Source of the DNA: an uncultured bacterium
GTDB lineage: Bacteria > Babelota > Babeliae > Babelales > Babelaceae
NCBI GenBank assembly: GCA_963722385.1
Contig: CAVRKK010000002.1
Location: forward strand, 96,001 to 160,000
Length of the DNA: 64,000 nucleotides
Direction: 5' to 3'
Positions 52,275 to 62,750 of the stretch are shown one piece after another. Each line of letters starts with the position of its first letter. Position 1 is the stretch's first letter. The position numbers were made by a program, and so were the translations under genes. Under the pieces are notes generated by a model that had not been told where the DNA came from, ran no database searches, and was given only the letters and a program-made list of their open reading frames with translations.

Positions 52275-53837
52275 CTAATCTAAAAAGTAGATGCGCAGAC
52301 GAAACAGCTTGCGCGTTAGGAGAAGAAGCCCGGCTAAAGCGGCACACAAAGGGCCGACCCATAACCAAAACCCATAGCTGTCGAGAAAAAAATGGGACCA
52401 ACCTGCTGGCAACATTGCGATTGCTCGATAAAGCGCATAATAGGCGCTTAAAAAAAGAGCGCTTCCGAAGAAAAGCTGAAAAATAACGCGTAATAAGAAC
52501 ACGCCAAACGTACGTATATACAAAGAAATGCCATGCCAATAATGGAGCATCCCTAAAAACAAGATTGTCTGGAATGCTCCAGCAAAACTCGTCGCCAGCG
52601 CAATACCAACAGCACCCCAATACCGCATAAAAATAACGTTAAGAACAGTATTACACACCGCCCCGGCGAGCGTTATCACCGTGGGTCCGAGAGAATTGTG
52701 AAGTGCGTAAAAAATGTTTGTCAAAATTTTGTTTAAGGCGAAAAAAAAGAGCCCTGTTGCAAAAGCAATAAATATACGCGATGCCTGCTCAACACTTTCA
52801 AGCGTAAAGGAATTAGACAATAAGAGTGTGTAAAAAATCTTATAGGAAAAAACCATCATCAACAGCATACTAGGCAGCATAACCCATGCTACAAGCTTCG
52901 AGGACTCAAGTAAATAATAGCCTAGCCGCTTGGGAGCGTAGGCGCCGATGTTGGTCATGCGTGAGAGCAATATCGTTGCAAAGCCCGCAACCAAAACGCC
53001 CAAAGGCACCCGCAAAAAAGCAGAGGTGTACGATAGCAAGGCGATAGAGCCGCTCGGTAAATATGACGCTAAAATGCGATCAATCACAAGACTTATTTCC
53101 ATGCTACCAGCGGTGATCAGGCAAGGCAGAAACTTTTTCATCACCAGCCGGAACCAAGCAAACGTGGTACGTGTTGGCCAGGCAAAAGAAAGGCCGGCAT
53201 AACGATAGCCCATAAGGTGGAAAAGAAGTAAGACGAAACCATCAAATACGATAGCATAGGCAAACCAGCTCAAGGATAGCTTGAAGTGAAGGCACATGAG
53301 CAACTGGACGATCCACAAAATATTATTGAGCAAGGGACTATTGGCAGGCACCAGAAAGCGGTGGGCTGCCTGGAGAGCACTCGCAAGAACTGCCGAGCTC
53401 GATATAAAGAGTATAAAAAAGGCCAATATGCGCGCAAGCTGTCCGCCCAACGCCACCTGATCACTCGTAAAGCCCGGTGCACTTAAGCGTATGATACCCG
53501 GTGCACATACACTCATGCCTATACAGAGCACGAGTAAGCAACTCTGCGATACCAGCAATGTCAACGTCACAAGAGCGTTGCCCTCGCCATGCCCTTCTTT
53601 CCGTTCTGCAGCAATCAGCGTCGGCCCAAGGGCCGCACTTAATGCCCCTTCAGCGAATACTTTACGCAACGTATTGGGAATCATAAAGGCCGTGTGAAAC
53701 GCGTCTGCCAGGGCGCCAGCTCCCAAAAAACGGGCTAGGAGCACCTCCCTAAAAAAACCAAAAAAGCGACTAAGCAGCGTCGCTGCCCCCAAGTGGAGCG
53801 TCTTCACGATGATTGATTTTCTGCCAATCATCATCAA
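52275..53837 (-). CDS. murJ: Lipid II flippase
   Basis: SRFFGFFRE, AF.IPN.LR..FAEGALS and many TM segments. Confidence 0.95.
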   Translation of the reverse strand: MMMIGRKSIIVKTLHLGAATLLSRFFGFFREVLLARFLGAGALADAFHTAFMIPNTLRKVFAEGALSAALGPTLIAAERKEGHGEGNALVTLTLLVSQSCLLVLCIGMSVCAPGIIRLSAPGFTSDQVALGGQLARILAFFILFISSSAVLASALQAAHRFLVPANSPLLNNILWIVQLLMCLHFKLSLSWFAYAIVFDGFVLLLFHLMGYRYAGLSFAWPTRTTFAWFRLVMKKFLPCLITAGSMEISLVIDRILASYLPSGSIALLSYTSAFLRVPLGVLVAGFATILLSRMTNIGAYAPKRLGYYLLESSKLVAWVMLPSMLLMMVFSYKIFYTLLLSNSFTLESVEQASRIFIAFATGLFFFALNKILTNIFYALHNSLGPTVITLAGAVCNTVLNVIFMRYWGAVGIALATSFAGAFQTILFLGMLHYWHGISLYIRTFGVFLLRVIFQLFFGSALFLSAYYALYRAIAMLPAGWSHFFLDSYGFWLWVGPLCAALAGLLLLTRKLFRLRIYFLD

Positions 53838-54529
53838 GCCTCAGGGCTCTTGCTGCCTTGTACCACCAAGCGACCATCCTGTAAGGCATATTGTATATCC
53901 ATACGCTCGGCAACACGTGAATCGTGGCAACTAATAATAAGCCCCATGGATAGGCGCTTCTGGTAATCACCTAAGAGGTCCATTATTAAGGATTTATTGA
54001 CGTCATCAAGATGCGCCGTTGGCTCATCTGCCAGAAGAAAATCTGGATCCAAAAAAAGGGCCCTGATGATCGCTACGCGCTGCTGCTCGCCTCCGGATAA
54101 CTGAGCAGGAAACAGTGACGCTTTATGCTCAAGCCCAACTTTCTGCAAAAGATCATTGCCACGCTTTACGCATTCATGAACAAGCTGGCCAGCCCGCAGC
54201 CCCTTGAGCATGACATTCTCGAGCACCGTCAGCTCAGGCACCAGCCATGCCGATTGAAATACCATGCCAATGCGCCGGTGAAAGAAATCGCGATAGCCGC
54301 TTGCGATAACTGATTCAAGAGAGCGGCTATCCAAAAGCACTTGACCACTGCTCGGTTTTTCAAGCCCGCTCATGATAAAAAGCAATGTCGATTTACCAGA
54401 GCCGGAGATCCCCGTTATACCATAAGAAACACCCTGGTGAAATTGTGTCGACAGCCCATTCAGCACAGGGCATGGTTGCCCAGCCTGGTCAAACACCTTG
54501 GTCACGTTACAAAGCGCGAGCGTGCTCAT
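53834..54529 (-). CDS. ABC transporter ATP-binding protein (LolD-like)
   Basis: GISGSGKST, LSGGEQQRVA and LLADEPT. Confidence 0.9.
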   Translation of the reverse strand: MSTLALCNVTKVFDQAGQPCPVLNGLSTQFHQGVSYGITGISGSGKSTLLFIMSGLEKPSSGQVLLDSRSLESVIASGYRDFFHRRIGMVFQSAWLVPELTVLENVMLKGLRAGQLVHECVKRGNDLLQKVGLEHKASLFPAQLSGGEQQRVAIIRALFLDPDFLLADEPTAHLDDVNKSLIMDLLGDYQKRLSMGLIISCHDSRVAERMDIQYALQDGRLVVQGSKSPEA

Positions 54530-55205
54530 CATGAACCACTCCGCTGGGTTGAGCATACGTTTGAATAAAGTCTTGGACAGCGTTAGCTAACGAGGAAAAA
54601 TAAGCAGGATCATGCTCAAATTCTTGATCAGCGTTTAGCACAAGCACCGGAACATCGCTCAGCTCAGGCAATCCTTGCTTGTGTATTAAAAAGCGCTCAT
54701 GGCACTCATGTAATTGCTCCAGGTAATGAAGCGGAATGCTACCTTCGGCTGCACGGGCGCGTGCGTTAACGCGCTCAAGCGCTTTTTCAGGCGAAACTTG
54801 CAGATAAATAAAGCCCTGAGGGGGACGGCAGGTATGCGCCGTTAAGAACGTAAACCATCGCGTGTACATATCCCACTCAAGGTCTGACATAAATCCTGCC
54901 TGATAGCTATTACGCGCAAAGCAAAGGTGCCCGGAATAAATAGAACGCTCCATGATACGGCTCTGGTCAGTGTTATTTTGCTCACCCATATGCTCCTGGA
55001 CTCGCCAAAGGAGCGTAAATGTTTCCATCGAATAAGCCCACCGATGAGGATCCTGGTAAAAGTTGGCCAGAAGGGACTGCCCCTCTACGTGCTTCTGCCA
55101 TTGATCCAATGGCTCATATCTCACCCGTAACTGCGGCACTCTCTGAGCAATAAGCTTCAAGAGCGTTGATTTGCCAGCCCCAATATTTCCTTCAAGAATG
55201 TACAT
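54507..55205 (-). CDS. Deoxynucleoside kinase
   Basis: LEGNIGAGKST, EP...W and MERSIYS. Confidence 0.92.
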   Translation of the reverse strand: MYILEGNIGAGKSTLLKLIAQRVPQLRVRYEPLDQWQKHVEGQSLLANFYQDPHRWAYSMETFTLLWRVQEHMGEQNNTDQSRIMERSIYSGHLCFARNSYQAGFMSDLEWDMYTRWFTFLTAHTCRPPQGFIYLQVSPEKALERVNARARAAEGSIPLHYLEQLHECHERFLIHKQGLPELSDVPVLVLNADQEFEHDPAYFSSLANAVQDFIQTYAQPSGVVHDEHARAL

Positions 55206-55441
55206 AGCCTAAAACCTCATAGAGCCTACCAAAAACCTCGCCCATAACCTGTCGCGCAAGCTAAAAAGCATCAAGCACAACATCATTATAAGTATACGTC
55301 GTATAGGCCACTTTGTGAATCTATATAGATTTCTATTAATAGAGTATTATTTTTTATTACAAGAACAATTTATTGCAATTTTAGTTTGCAATGTGATAGC
55401 TTTATTTTATTAAATCTTAATCTAAAAAAAAGGAATATGTT

Positions 55442-55891
55442 ATGGCTTTGCTCAGAAAACACATATTTGAGAGCCCTGAGGAACTTTTTGAGGATCTTCA
55501 CCTTGCTGTTTCCTCCCAGGGCGATTTTGCAACCGATATCTATCAGGACAAAAACTCAGTTATCGTAAAAATGCACGCTCCGGGAATCGACAAAGACACT
55601 ATTGATATAACGGTCGACGAAGACCGCTTGACCATCGCGGCTTCACGTGAGACAAAAGAGGAAATGAAAGGCAAAAATTTCTTCAGGCGAGAAATACGGT
55701 ACGGAAGCTTTATGCGCACATTATCGTTGCCTTGCGCTGTTGAAAAAGACCAGGCAGTTGCTGAATATGACGACGGGGTGCTCACCATTACGTTGCCCAA
55801 GAAAAAAAGCGCTGAGCCGAGCAAGATTAAAGTAACCTCGAAAAGCGCATCAACAAACCAAACTACGGTTACACCGCCACGAGGCGCTTGA
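55442..55891 (+). CDS. Hsp20 / alpha-crystallin small heat-shock protein
   Basis: PGIDK, E..YGSF.R...LP and AEYDDGVLTITLPK. Confidence 0.95.
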   Translation: MALLRKHIFESPEELFEDLHLAVSSQGDFATDIYQDKNSVIVKMHAPGIDKDTIDITVDEDRLTIAASRETKEEMKGKNFFRREIRYGSFMRTLSLPCAVEKDQAVAEYDDGVLTITLPKKKSAEPSKIKVTSKSASTNQTTVTPPRGA

Positions 55892-57077
55892 TAGTAGGGT
55901 TTATGCGCGTCAGAATCTCATTGTTAATCATACCTGCCTGTAAGGCAAGCTCGTTAACGGTAATGCCAGGCTGATCTCCCATCAACATAACAGCAGAACC
56001 GCGATGAGCTGATGGGATATCGGTCACATCGGCAGTAATAACGTTCATGCTGACTCGGCCGACCAGGGGAGCATGCTTGCCTTCAATAATCAGCGAGGCT
56101 TTTTGCAAGCTGCGCGGATAGCCATCGGCGTACCCCAGAGGTATGCAGGCGATGCGTGAGGGACGGGTGGTAACGAATGTATGCCCGTAACCGATCGGTG
56201 TCCCTGTAGGCACCTCGCGGACATCAACAATACGTGCTTTCCACGCAAGCACAGGATTTAGTTGGATGCTCGCTCCATGGGCAAGAACGCGTTGTTTTTG
56301 GCGCTCAGATTTCCAGAGGCCGTATACATGAGTGCCAAGTCGGCACAGATCGTACTGGTAAGGACCGCGCCCTGACTCGTTAACCAATGAATGGGGAAAT
56401 GCCGTTAAGACGCCTGATGAAAGAGCATGCGTTAGACCAATTGTTATGCCGCTCTTGCACATTTCGTCAAGCACACTATTAAAAACGTCAAGCTGCTCAC
56501 ACATTAACTCCCGGTCACCACTGCTCGCATCCGAGACGTGAGCGCCAATGCCCACGAGCTCGATAGCAGGATACCGAGACAACATAAGTTGAGCGAAACC
56601 AGCTACCGCGTCCGGTGGTATGCCCCGGCGCGAAAGCCCGATGTCAACCTTAAGGTGAACACGCGCCTTCGATTGCATACTTGCGGCCGCGCTTTGTAAT
56701 TCGCTAAGAATATCCTTATCATCAACCATTATGTCGATTTTTTGCTCAATTGCCTCACGGGATACGCCGTCATTATAGGCCATAACGAGAAGATTCTTCC
56801 TGCAGCCATCGGCCCGCAATGAGAGAGCTTCATCAATGCTGGCGGTGCAGAGCCACGAGACGGCAGGCTCGTTTTCGAGGAGGGAGGCAATGAGTCGCAT
56901 ATCGTGACCATATGCGTTACTTTTGACAACAACGCCAAGCTGTCCTGGGCCTTGGAGATGCTTAAGTTGCTCAATGTTAGCAAGCAGAGCTGATTGACTG
57001 ATTTCTATCCATGTTGGTAACATATTTGACGGGGCTAGAAAATGGGTAAGGGATGGTTGTATGCCAACCATCCCCAT
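55869..57077 (-). CDS. alr: Alanine racemase (start may be 57023)
   Basis: VVKSNAYGH, VHLKVDIG, IGYG, GYADG and GRVSMN. Confidence 0.93.
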   Translation of the reverse strand: MGMVGIQPSLTHFLAPSNMLPTWIEISQSALLANIEQLKHLQGPGQLGVVVKSNAYGHDMRLIASLLENEPAVSWLCTASIDEALSLRADGCRKNLLVMAYNDGVSREAIEQKIDIMVDDKDILSELQSAAASMQSKARVHLKVDIGLSRRGIPPDAVAGFAQLMLSRYPAIELVGIGAHVSDASSGDRELMCEQLDVFNSVLDEMCKSGITIGLTHALSSGVLTAFPHSLVNESGRGPYQYDLCRLGTHVYGLWKSERQKQRVLAHGASIQLNPVLAWKARIVDVREVPTGTPIGYGHTFVTTRPSRIACIPLGYADGYPRSLQKASLIIEGKHAPLVGRVSMNVITADVTDIPSAHRGSAVMLMGDQPGITVNELALQAGMINNEILTRINPTIKRLVAV

Positions 57078-57083
57078 GATAGC

Positions 57084-57728
57084 TTACTTGAGTGGTAATG
57101 CGCGTTTTGTCTGTCGGGAGCCGAGTTTCAATGTCAGCGTGCCATTTTTGTACTCAGGCTGAGTGGTCGAGATGGCGACGCGATAGGGAAATGACTTCAC
57201 GTAATCATTACGAGCAACGTAGCTTGAGCTGCTGAGAATGGTGCCTTTTTCATCCTTCTTTTCATGGATGATCTTCTTCTCAACTTCAAGTGCCAGCGCT
57301 GTTGGGAATATACGCATCAGAACCTTACTTTCCTGATATGGGAACGTAATATCAGCGTATCCTTCGTCTTCGTCGATTTCGATCTTGATATCCTCTTTTT
57401 TTGCCGTTAGATCTTTAACCTCAAGCACTAAAGATCGGCCATCTTTATTCGGGTTAATGGCGACCTCGGGAATCTTCACCGCCTGATTGTCAAAGACAGG
57501 AAACTCTTCTTTAGCACCAACCATAGGCCTCTCAAAGGCCATATTAAAGCGATGCCACATGTCATCAAATGATTGCGCAATGCTCTTAAAAGCGTTCCTC
57601 CTACAGTGGCCACATCTCACTTCTTCTTTGGCTTTTTGCTCCGCCGCACCAACTGCATTAAAGCCAGCTAATGATGCGAGTGCAAATGGCACCAAAACCA
57701 ATAGGGTTTTCTTCATGAGTTTGTTCAT
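57084..57728 (-). CDS. Signal-peptide protein with Hsp20-like C-terminal domain
   Basis: AAGGAG RBS; signal peptide; KEDIKIEID and PEYKNGTLTLKL. Confidence 0.7.
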   Translation of the reverse strand: MNKLMKKTLLVLVPFALASLAGFNAVGAAEQKAKEEVRCGHCRRNAFKSIAQSFDDMWHRFNMAFERPMVGAKEEFPVFDNQAVKIPEVAINPNKDGRSLVLEVKDLTAKKEDIKIEIDEDEGYADITFPYQESKVLMRIFPTALALEVEKKIIHEKKDEKGTILSSSSYVARNDYVKSFPYRVAISTTQPEYKNGTLTLKLGSRQTKRALPLK

Positions 57729-57888
57729 AAGAGAGACTCCTTAGTTATCTCGTTTACTAGAACCAAGTCCTTCTCTAGCTTAAGCAAAATCAGAAATTTT
57801 TCAACCCGGCACGATTGAGTTCTCATATCTTTGCTTAGCTCGTGAGTATCTTTTTTGGTATAATATAAAAAGTTCTTAAAGAGAAAAA

Positions 57889-58183
57889 ATGAGAAATAAA
57901 TATCTTGGACCAAGCTTTGATTCTTTTTTGAAGAAGAAGGCATTTTGGAAGAGGTAACACTCGGTGCCATAAAGAAAGTTATTGCTTGTGCCCTCATTGA
58001 AGCCATGAAAAAAGAAAATATTACAAAAACGGAGCTAGCTAACAAGCTTGGCACCAGCAGAGCTGCGTTACAGCGCCTGCTGGATCCTCTACCTTGCTCA
58101 CTCTGCATAAAGCCGCTCAAATAGCCGGTAAGCAATTGGAAATTACGTTATCTGGGCCAGGCAGTCTTAATAATAAGAGGTAA
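57889..58183 (+). pseudogene. XRE/HTH antitoxin-like gene, frameshifted and internally deleted
   Basis: MRNKYLGPSFDSFL|EEEGILEEV...ITKTELANKLGTSRAALQRLLDP|TLLTLHKAAQIAGKQLEI spread over three frames. Confidence 0.8.
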
Positions 58184-58243
58184 TTTTCAGAATTTTATAG
58201 GACTGCTAACTATCTCTTAATCACCCTTAATTTGAAATGAAAA

Positions 58244-58974
58244 ATGAATATAAATAAAAATGAGCGAATAATCTTAGCATCTCAATCGAAAATTCGAAAA
58301 CGCGCTCTGGAAATTTTAGGAATATCTTATGAATGCATTCCGGCAAATATTGACGAAAAAGCTATGCGGGATGCAAATCCAATAACGATGGCAATAATGA
58401 TTTCTGAGGCTAAAGCCCATGCAGTTAGCAGCAAAGAAGATGGTATTATTATCGCTTCTGATGCATTTTGGTTTTTGATGAAAAAATTCTCGAAAAACCT
58501 AACTCTTTAGGTGAGGCATATAAAATGCTCAAAGCTCTTTCAGGCAATAAACATACGTTTATCACGGGACTGGCTGTTTACGATTCGCAAACAGGCAAAA
58601 TGCGTTCTAGAGCTTCTACCTGCAACATATATTTTCGATCCCTCTCTGATGATGAGATTAAGGATTATTGTAACCGGTACCCAGTTCTTACATTTGCTGG
58701 TTCACTTGAAATAGATGGGGTCATTAGGTTTTCCGAAAAAATCGAAGGTAATTGTAATTTTGTAACTGCAATGCCTCTGCAGCACTTGGTTCAGTTTTTA
58801 CGAGAAATAGAGCAGGATAGGGAAGAGCGTTTTCACTTGATGTTCTTTAGAGGAAGGTCTTCAAAACAAAGCTTACCTCTCACTAACCGCACTAAAGCAA
58901 GCGACCATAAACATTCAGGCTTAAAATCGTGTGCCAATCTACGATTCGCACACGATTTAACAATTAATCGCTAA
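58244..58974 (+). pseudogene. maf: Maf-family nucleotide pyrophosphatase, frameshifted
   Basis: IILASQS..R, IDEK, AKA, IIASD | ILEKP...A..ML..LSG..H; shift near 58470. Confidence 0.85.
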
Positions 58975-59032
58975 TCAAGCGGCAGCTTCGGCTTCTGGGG
59001 CTCTTTTAAGCGAGAAACTTTTGCAGGTTACC

Positions 59033-59572
59033 TCAGAGCCTCTTTTTTATGTCTTGATAATCTTTATCTACTATTTTTTTGCGGTCTTCAAGAAAATCCA
59101 AGGCGGTCCAGCCTCGGGGGTCTTTCATGGAAGGATCAGCACCGGCATCAAGAAGTAATGCTATCGTGCGCCTATTTAATCGCCAAGCAGCGGCCATAAG
59201 AGGCGTCAATCCATCAGCATCTGCATTCGGGTTAGCACCCGCTTTTAGCAATTTCTCCACGACAACAGGGTGCTTATGCCAGCTAGCAGCAAAGAGCGGC
59301 GTGCCGCCGCTATCATCAGCAAGGTTAACGTTGGCACCCGAATCTATTAAGTATTGGACGAGATGCCAATCACCATTAGACGCCGCAACAATTAATGGCG
59401 TCCAACCAAAAAGGGGGCTTTTCTCATCAACATCGATTACTTTTTTCTCAAACACCTCTTTTGTTAAAGCTAGAGGCATTCCTTCGCGAGGACTAAATTT
59501 GAAATCCCTTGCTTGAGCAAGCTCAGCACCTATCACCATGACAATGCTCAAAATTTTTAACGATTTATACAT
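59033..59572 (-). CDS. Secreted ankyrin-repeat protein
   Basis: GWTPLIVAA, GGTPLFAA, GLTPLMAAA and GWTALD. Confidence 0.93.
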   Translation of the reverse strand: MYKSLKILSIVMVIGAELAQARDFKFSPREGMPLALTKEVFEKKVIDVDEKSPLFGWTPLIVAASNGDWHLVQYLIDSGANVNLADDSGGTPLFAASWHKHPVVVEKLLKAGANPNADADGLTPLMAAAWRLNRRTIALLLDAGADPSMKDPRGWTALDFLEDRKKIVDKDYQDIKKRL

Positions 59573-59716
59573 TTTATCTCCTTTTTGTTTTATATCGTAT
59601 TAGCATTATAGTCAATTTTTTTCAGGAAAAGCAAGAGTCCAAGGTGATTTCCTTGGTAGATTAAGATCATCAAGAGCGCTTCAAGTCGCGAAATTCTACG
59701 ATGAAAAAACTTACTA

Positions 59717-59745
59717 TTGACTATAGTGACATTTAGTGTCACTAT
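59717..59745 (+). promoter_or_regulatory. Palindromic operator in the hicAB promoter
   Basis: atagtgaca-tttag-tgtcactat immediately after TTGACT (-35-like). Confidence 0.7.
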
Positions 59746-59805
59746 TAAAAAAGATCCTGCTTCATTATCACTCAACGGCAAGAAAGGCGGTAGGAATGGA
59801 GCTAC

Positions 59806-60057
59806 ATGAACAATAAACATAAAAAGACAATTGATGCGATTTTCACGCTTCCTCCTTCTGCTAATATAAAATGGGATGATATTGAATCACTTTTTATACA
59901 TCTTGGCGCCGATGTCATCGAAGCAGCAGGCTCTCGAGTTTGTATCGTGCTAAACGGAAAGCGGTCCGTTTTTCATAGACCTCATCCAAAACGTGAAGCA
60001 GGCAAGGGAATGGTAAAGTCTGTACGCATTTTTTTGAATAATGCAGGAGTAATATAA
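59806..60057 (+). CDS. hicA: HicA toxin
   Basis: IKWDDIESL, GSRV and FHRPHP. Confidence 0.93.
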   Translation: MNNKHKKTIDAIFTLPPSANIKWDDIESLFIHLGADVIEAAGSRVCIVLNGKRSVFHRPHPKREAGKGMVKSVRIFLNNAGVI

Positions 60058-60059
60058 AG

Positions 60060-60371
60060 ATGAAGTATAAAGGATATATAGGCCACGTTACCTATGATGA
60101 CGAGCTCAAAATCTTACACGGAGACGTAATCGGCTTAAAAGACGTGATCACTTTTGAGGGAACGAGTGTTGAAGAAGTAGAAAATGCATTTCGTGATTCC
60201 ATTGACGTGTACTTAGATCTCTGCAAAAAACGGGGCGAAAAACCAGAAAAAACATTTTCAGGAGATTTGCGCGTCAGAATTGCCCCTGACTTACATGCAC
60301 GCCTTACACAAGAAGCTGCGATGAGTGGACTTAGCCTTAATTCGTTCATTGCTGAAAAGTTAAGAAAGTAA
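60060..60371 (+). CDS. hicB: HicB antitoxin
   Basis: MKYKGY, DVITFEG, PEKTFSG...RI.P.LH and SLN (RHH domain). Confidence 0.93.
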   Translation: MKYKGYIGHVTYDDELKILHGDVIGLKDVITFEGTSVEEVENAFRDSIDVYLDLCKKRGEKPEKTFSGDLRVRIAPDLHARLTQEAAMSGLSLNSFIAEKLRK

Positions 60372-60454
60372 ATGGCGTACCAGAAGGGGTATCAGCCAAG
60401 AAAATCCGTAAAACGTACCTTTATTAAGTATTGGACGAGATACCAATCACCATT
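60371..60454 (-). pseudogene. Remnant of an ankyrin paralogue of 59033-59572
   Basis: 60422-60454 matches 59345-59377 at 32/33 nt (NGDWYLVQYLI). Confidence 0.75.
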
Positions 60455-60757
60455 GCCTTGTAGTGGTGATATTTAAATCATTCCAGGCGATTATTCGAAT
60501 TCAATATATACGAGCAAGTCGCAGGCCTTCTGGTTCGAGGTTGAACGATGCGAGGGCAGGTCGATAAATTTTTTTTATCGCAAGCCATACATCAATAAAC
60601 GAAGTCTTAGAACGGCTTCTTAAACATTTGAGAAAAAAATCTGCGTTATATTGGCTTTTATCCACAGAGATCTTCTCTCGTAAATTTCGAAGGACATATT
60701 TCGCTTTTGCGAACTACCTAAAAATTTTACAAATATCAATCCGTTAAAAAGTATAGC

Positions 60758-60785
60758 AGCCCCTAGCATTCAGTGCTAGGGGCTT
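60758..60785. terminator. Hairpin terminator
   Basis: agcccctagca-ttcag-tgctaggggct downstream of 60826-61215. Confidence 0.65.
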
Positions 60786-60825
60786 TATAGCCTCTGATGG
60801 CTTTTTTATAAGCCTCTCTATTGTT

Positions 60826-61215
60826 TTATTTTACAGGTCGAATTTGAGTACCGTCGTAAATTAGATTTTCACATCCTGTTTCTTGTGAAGATTCTACACC
60901 TCTAAGCATATAATAAACTACCTTTGGGCTAGAAATTATGATTTCAGCTTGCTCGTTTATAGCCATTGGGCCTGACAGTGAATTTGTTTGCCCTGGCTCA
61001 ATAAAAAAGCTTCCTGTTAAATGTTCTCCTCCTGCTCTACCTACTTGAATTGAGCCGGCGACTCTTTCGTGAGTATCATTGAGCAATACCACGCAATAAT
61101 TTTTCCATTCATGATGGGGGGCATATTCACCGCCAAATTGATTGAAAAGGGCATTGGTTGATATAAGTAAGCCTGCTAAGACAAAACTTTGTAAAAATGA
61201 ATTATTAAATTTCAT
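60826..61215 (-). CDS. Secreted hypothetical protein
   Basis: AAGGAG RBS and signal peptide. Confidence 0.75.
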   Translation of the reverse strand: MKFNNSFLQSFVLAGLLISTNALFNQFGGEYAPHHEWKNYCVVLLNDTHERVAGSIQVGRAGGEHLTGSFFIEPGQTNSLSGPMAINEQAEIIISSPKVVYYMLRGVESSQETGCENLIYDGTQIRPVK

Positions 61216-61396
61216 GGTATACTCCTTTGTATGGTTTAAAAAATATTTAAAAAAAGATTATAAAATACTTATAGCTTATTTTTTCAATAAAAGTCAGCAC
61301 TTTTGATCCCTTGGCCTATGGTGCCAGCGGCAGGTATACTTGCGTAAGCACCATCAAGGCTATTGGAGTAAGTATACCGTACCTGAAGGAAAATTT

Positions 61397-62731
61397 ATGC
61401 GAAGCGCTGTAATCAGTCCCGTCAAGCTCATAATATTCTTGCTCTTAGATTTTAGCACTCTGTATGGCACTTCATCAAGCGTTAAGGCTTTGATAGAAGC
61501 AGTGCGTGAAGGTAATCTAAATAAAATTAAAAAACTTGTTAATAAAAGTAATCGCGTAAATGAAAGAGATGCTACTGGCTATACCCCTTTGGGAGCTGCA
61601 GTTGCCAATGGCGACAATGATATAGTTGCTTACCTTTTAAGTAAAGGAGCATCACCTGATAAAGAGACAGCGGCTTATATCTCACAGCCTGAGGTGCCAG
61701 ATTCCGTTATAATAACATATTCGCTTATTATAGCGGCAAGTACCGCAAATGATAAAGCTGTATCGCTCTTATTATCTTATGATGCTGATCCAAATATCAT
61801 GAGTAAAATGGCGGTAGTTCCTGGTCATGAAAAGACAGGTGGTGTACGCTATACTCCTCTTATGTTTGCGGCTATTCATTGTAAACGCTCTATGGCTCAC
61901 GTACTTATTAAAGCTGGAGCTCGTGTTGATGCTCAGGATTATAAGTGGAGAACTGCCTTGCATTGGGTAGCAGAAAATAACTGCCTTCCCATTGCTCAAG
62001 ATATTCTCAAGAAGGACCCGAGAACCAGTACGGCTGTAAGTTGGTCTATGACACGTAAAAAAGGGAAGATCCCCTATGAAATTGCACAAGAATGGAGCAA
62101 TAAAGAGATGATGATGCTCTTGTATCCTTATTTAAAAGCTAGTCTTTTAGTGCAAGCCGTACAAATAGGTGATCTTGATAAGGTAAGAGCGTTTATCCAA
62201 AAAGGTGGTAATCTCGATTGGGTTGATAGTGATGGTAATACGGCCCTGGGAGCAGCAATTATTGCTGGGCACAATACTATAGTAGCTGAGCTGCTCCAAG
62301 CTGGAGCTTCACCAGATGTGCCAACAGCTATTTCATATGGATCAAGCGATCGACAACCACCGCTTTTTCTCGCAATACAGCATTCTAATGAAGAAGCCCT
62401 AGCATTATTATTAGACTACCATGCAAAGGTAAATATGATACCGCCAACGAGCTCCACCCCATTAGGCGAAGCTGCTGTTTATTGCAAAACAAGTATGGCT
62501 AAAAGACTTCTGGCAGCTGGCGCTAACCCCGCCGAGGGCGATTATTGGCAAACAAATGCATTACATCAAGCAATTGGCCATAACTGCATCGCCGTTGCAT
62601 ACATAATTCTCGATTTTAAAGCTTCTCTCATGTATGTTCGAGACAGTTTCAAGCGAAGACCATTAGATCTCGTGCAGAGCGACGAGATGAAATTATTATT
62701 AGATTCTTATAGAAAACCGCTTGCTCGTTGA
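61397..62731 (+). CDS. Secreted ankyrin-repeat protein (two duplicated halves)
   Basis: GYTPLGAAV / GNTALGAAI, GASPD twice, DYKWRTALH / DYWQTNALH. Confidence 0.93.
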   Translation: MRSAVISPVKLIIFLLLDFSTLYGTSSSVKALIEAVREGNLNKIKKLVNKSNRVNERDATGYTPLGAAVANGDNDIVAYLLSKGASPDKETAAYISQPEVPDSVIITYSLIIAASTANDKAVSLLLSYDADPNIMSKMAVVPGHEKTGGVRYTPLMFAAIHCKRSMAHVLIKAGARVDAQDYKWRTALHWVAENNCLPIAQDILKKDPRTSTAVSWSMTRKKGKIPYEIAQEWSNKEMMMLLYPYLKASLLVQAVQIGDLDKVRAFIQKGGNLDWVDSDGNTALGAAIIAGHNTIVAELLQAGASPDVPTAISYGSSDRQPPLFLAIQHSNEEALALLLDYHAKVNMIPPTSSTPLGEAAVYCKTSMAKRLLAAGANPAEGDYWQTNALHQAIGHNCIAVAYIILDFKASLMYVRDSFKRRPLDLVQSDEMKLLLDSYRKPLAR

Positions 62732-62750
62732 TAGGCGAGTATAGCCTCGA

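Noticed and set aside
57725..58135. 136-aa minus-strand ORF
   Set aside because: It is the shadow of the plus-strand XRE pseudogene.
60460..60720. Possible decayed coding fragments here and at 24810-24980 and 63620-63760
   Set aside because: Short, stop-interrupted frames with no family I can identify.
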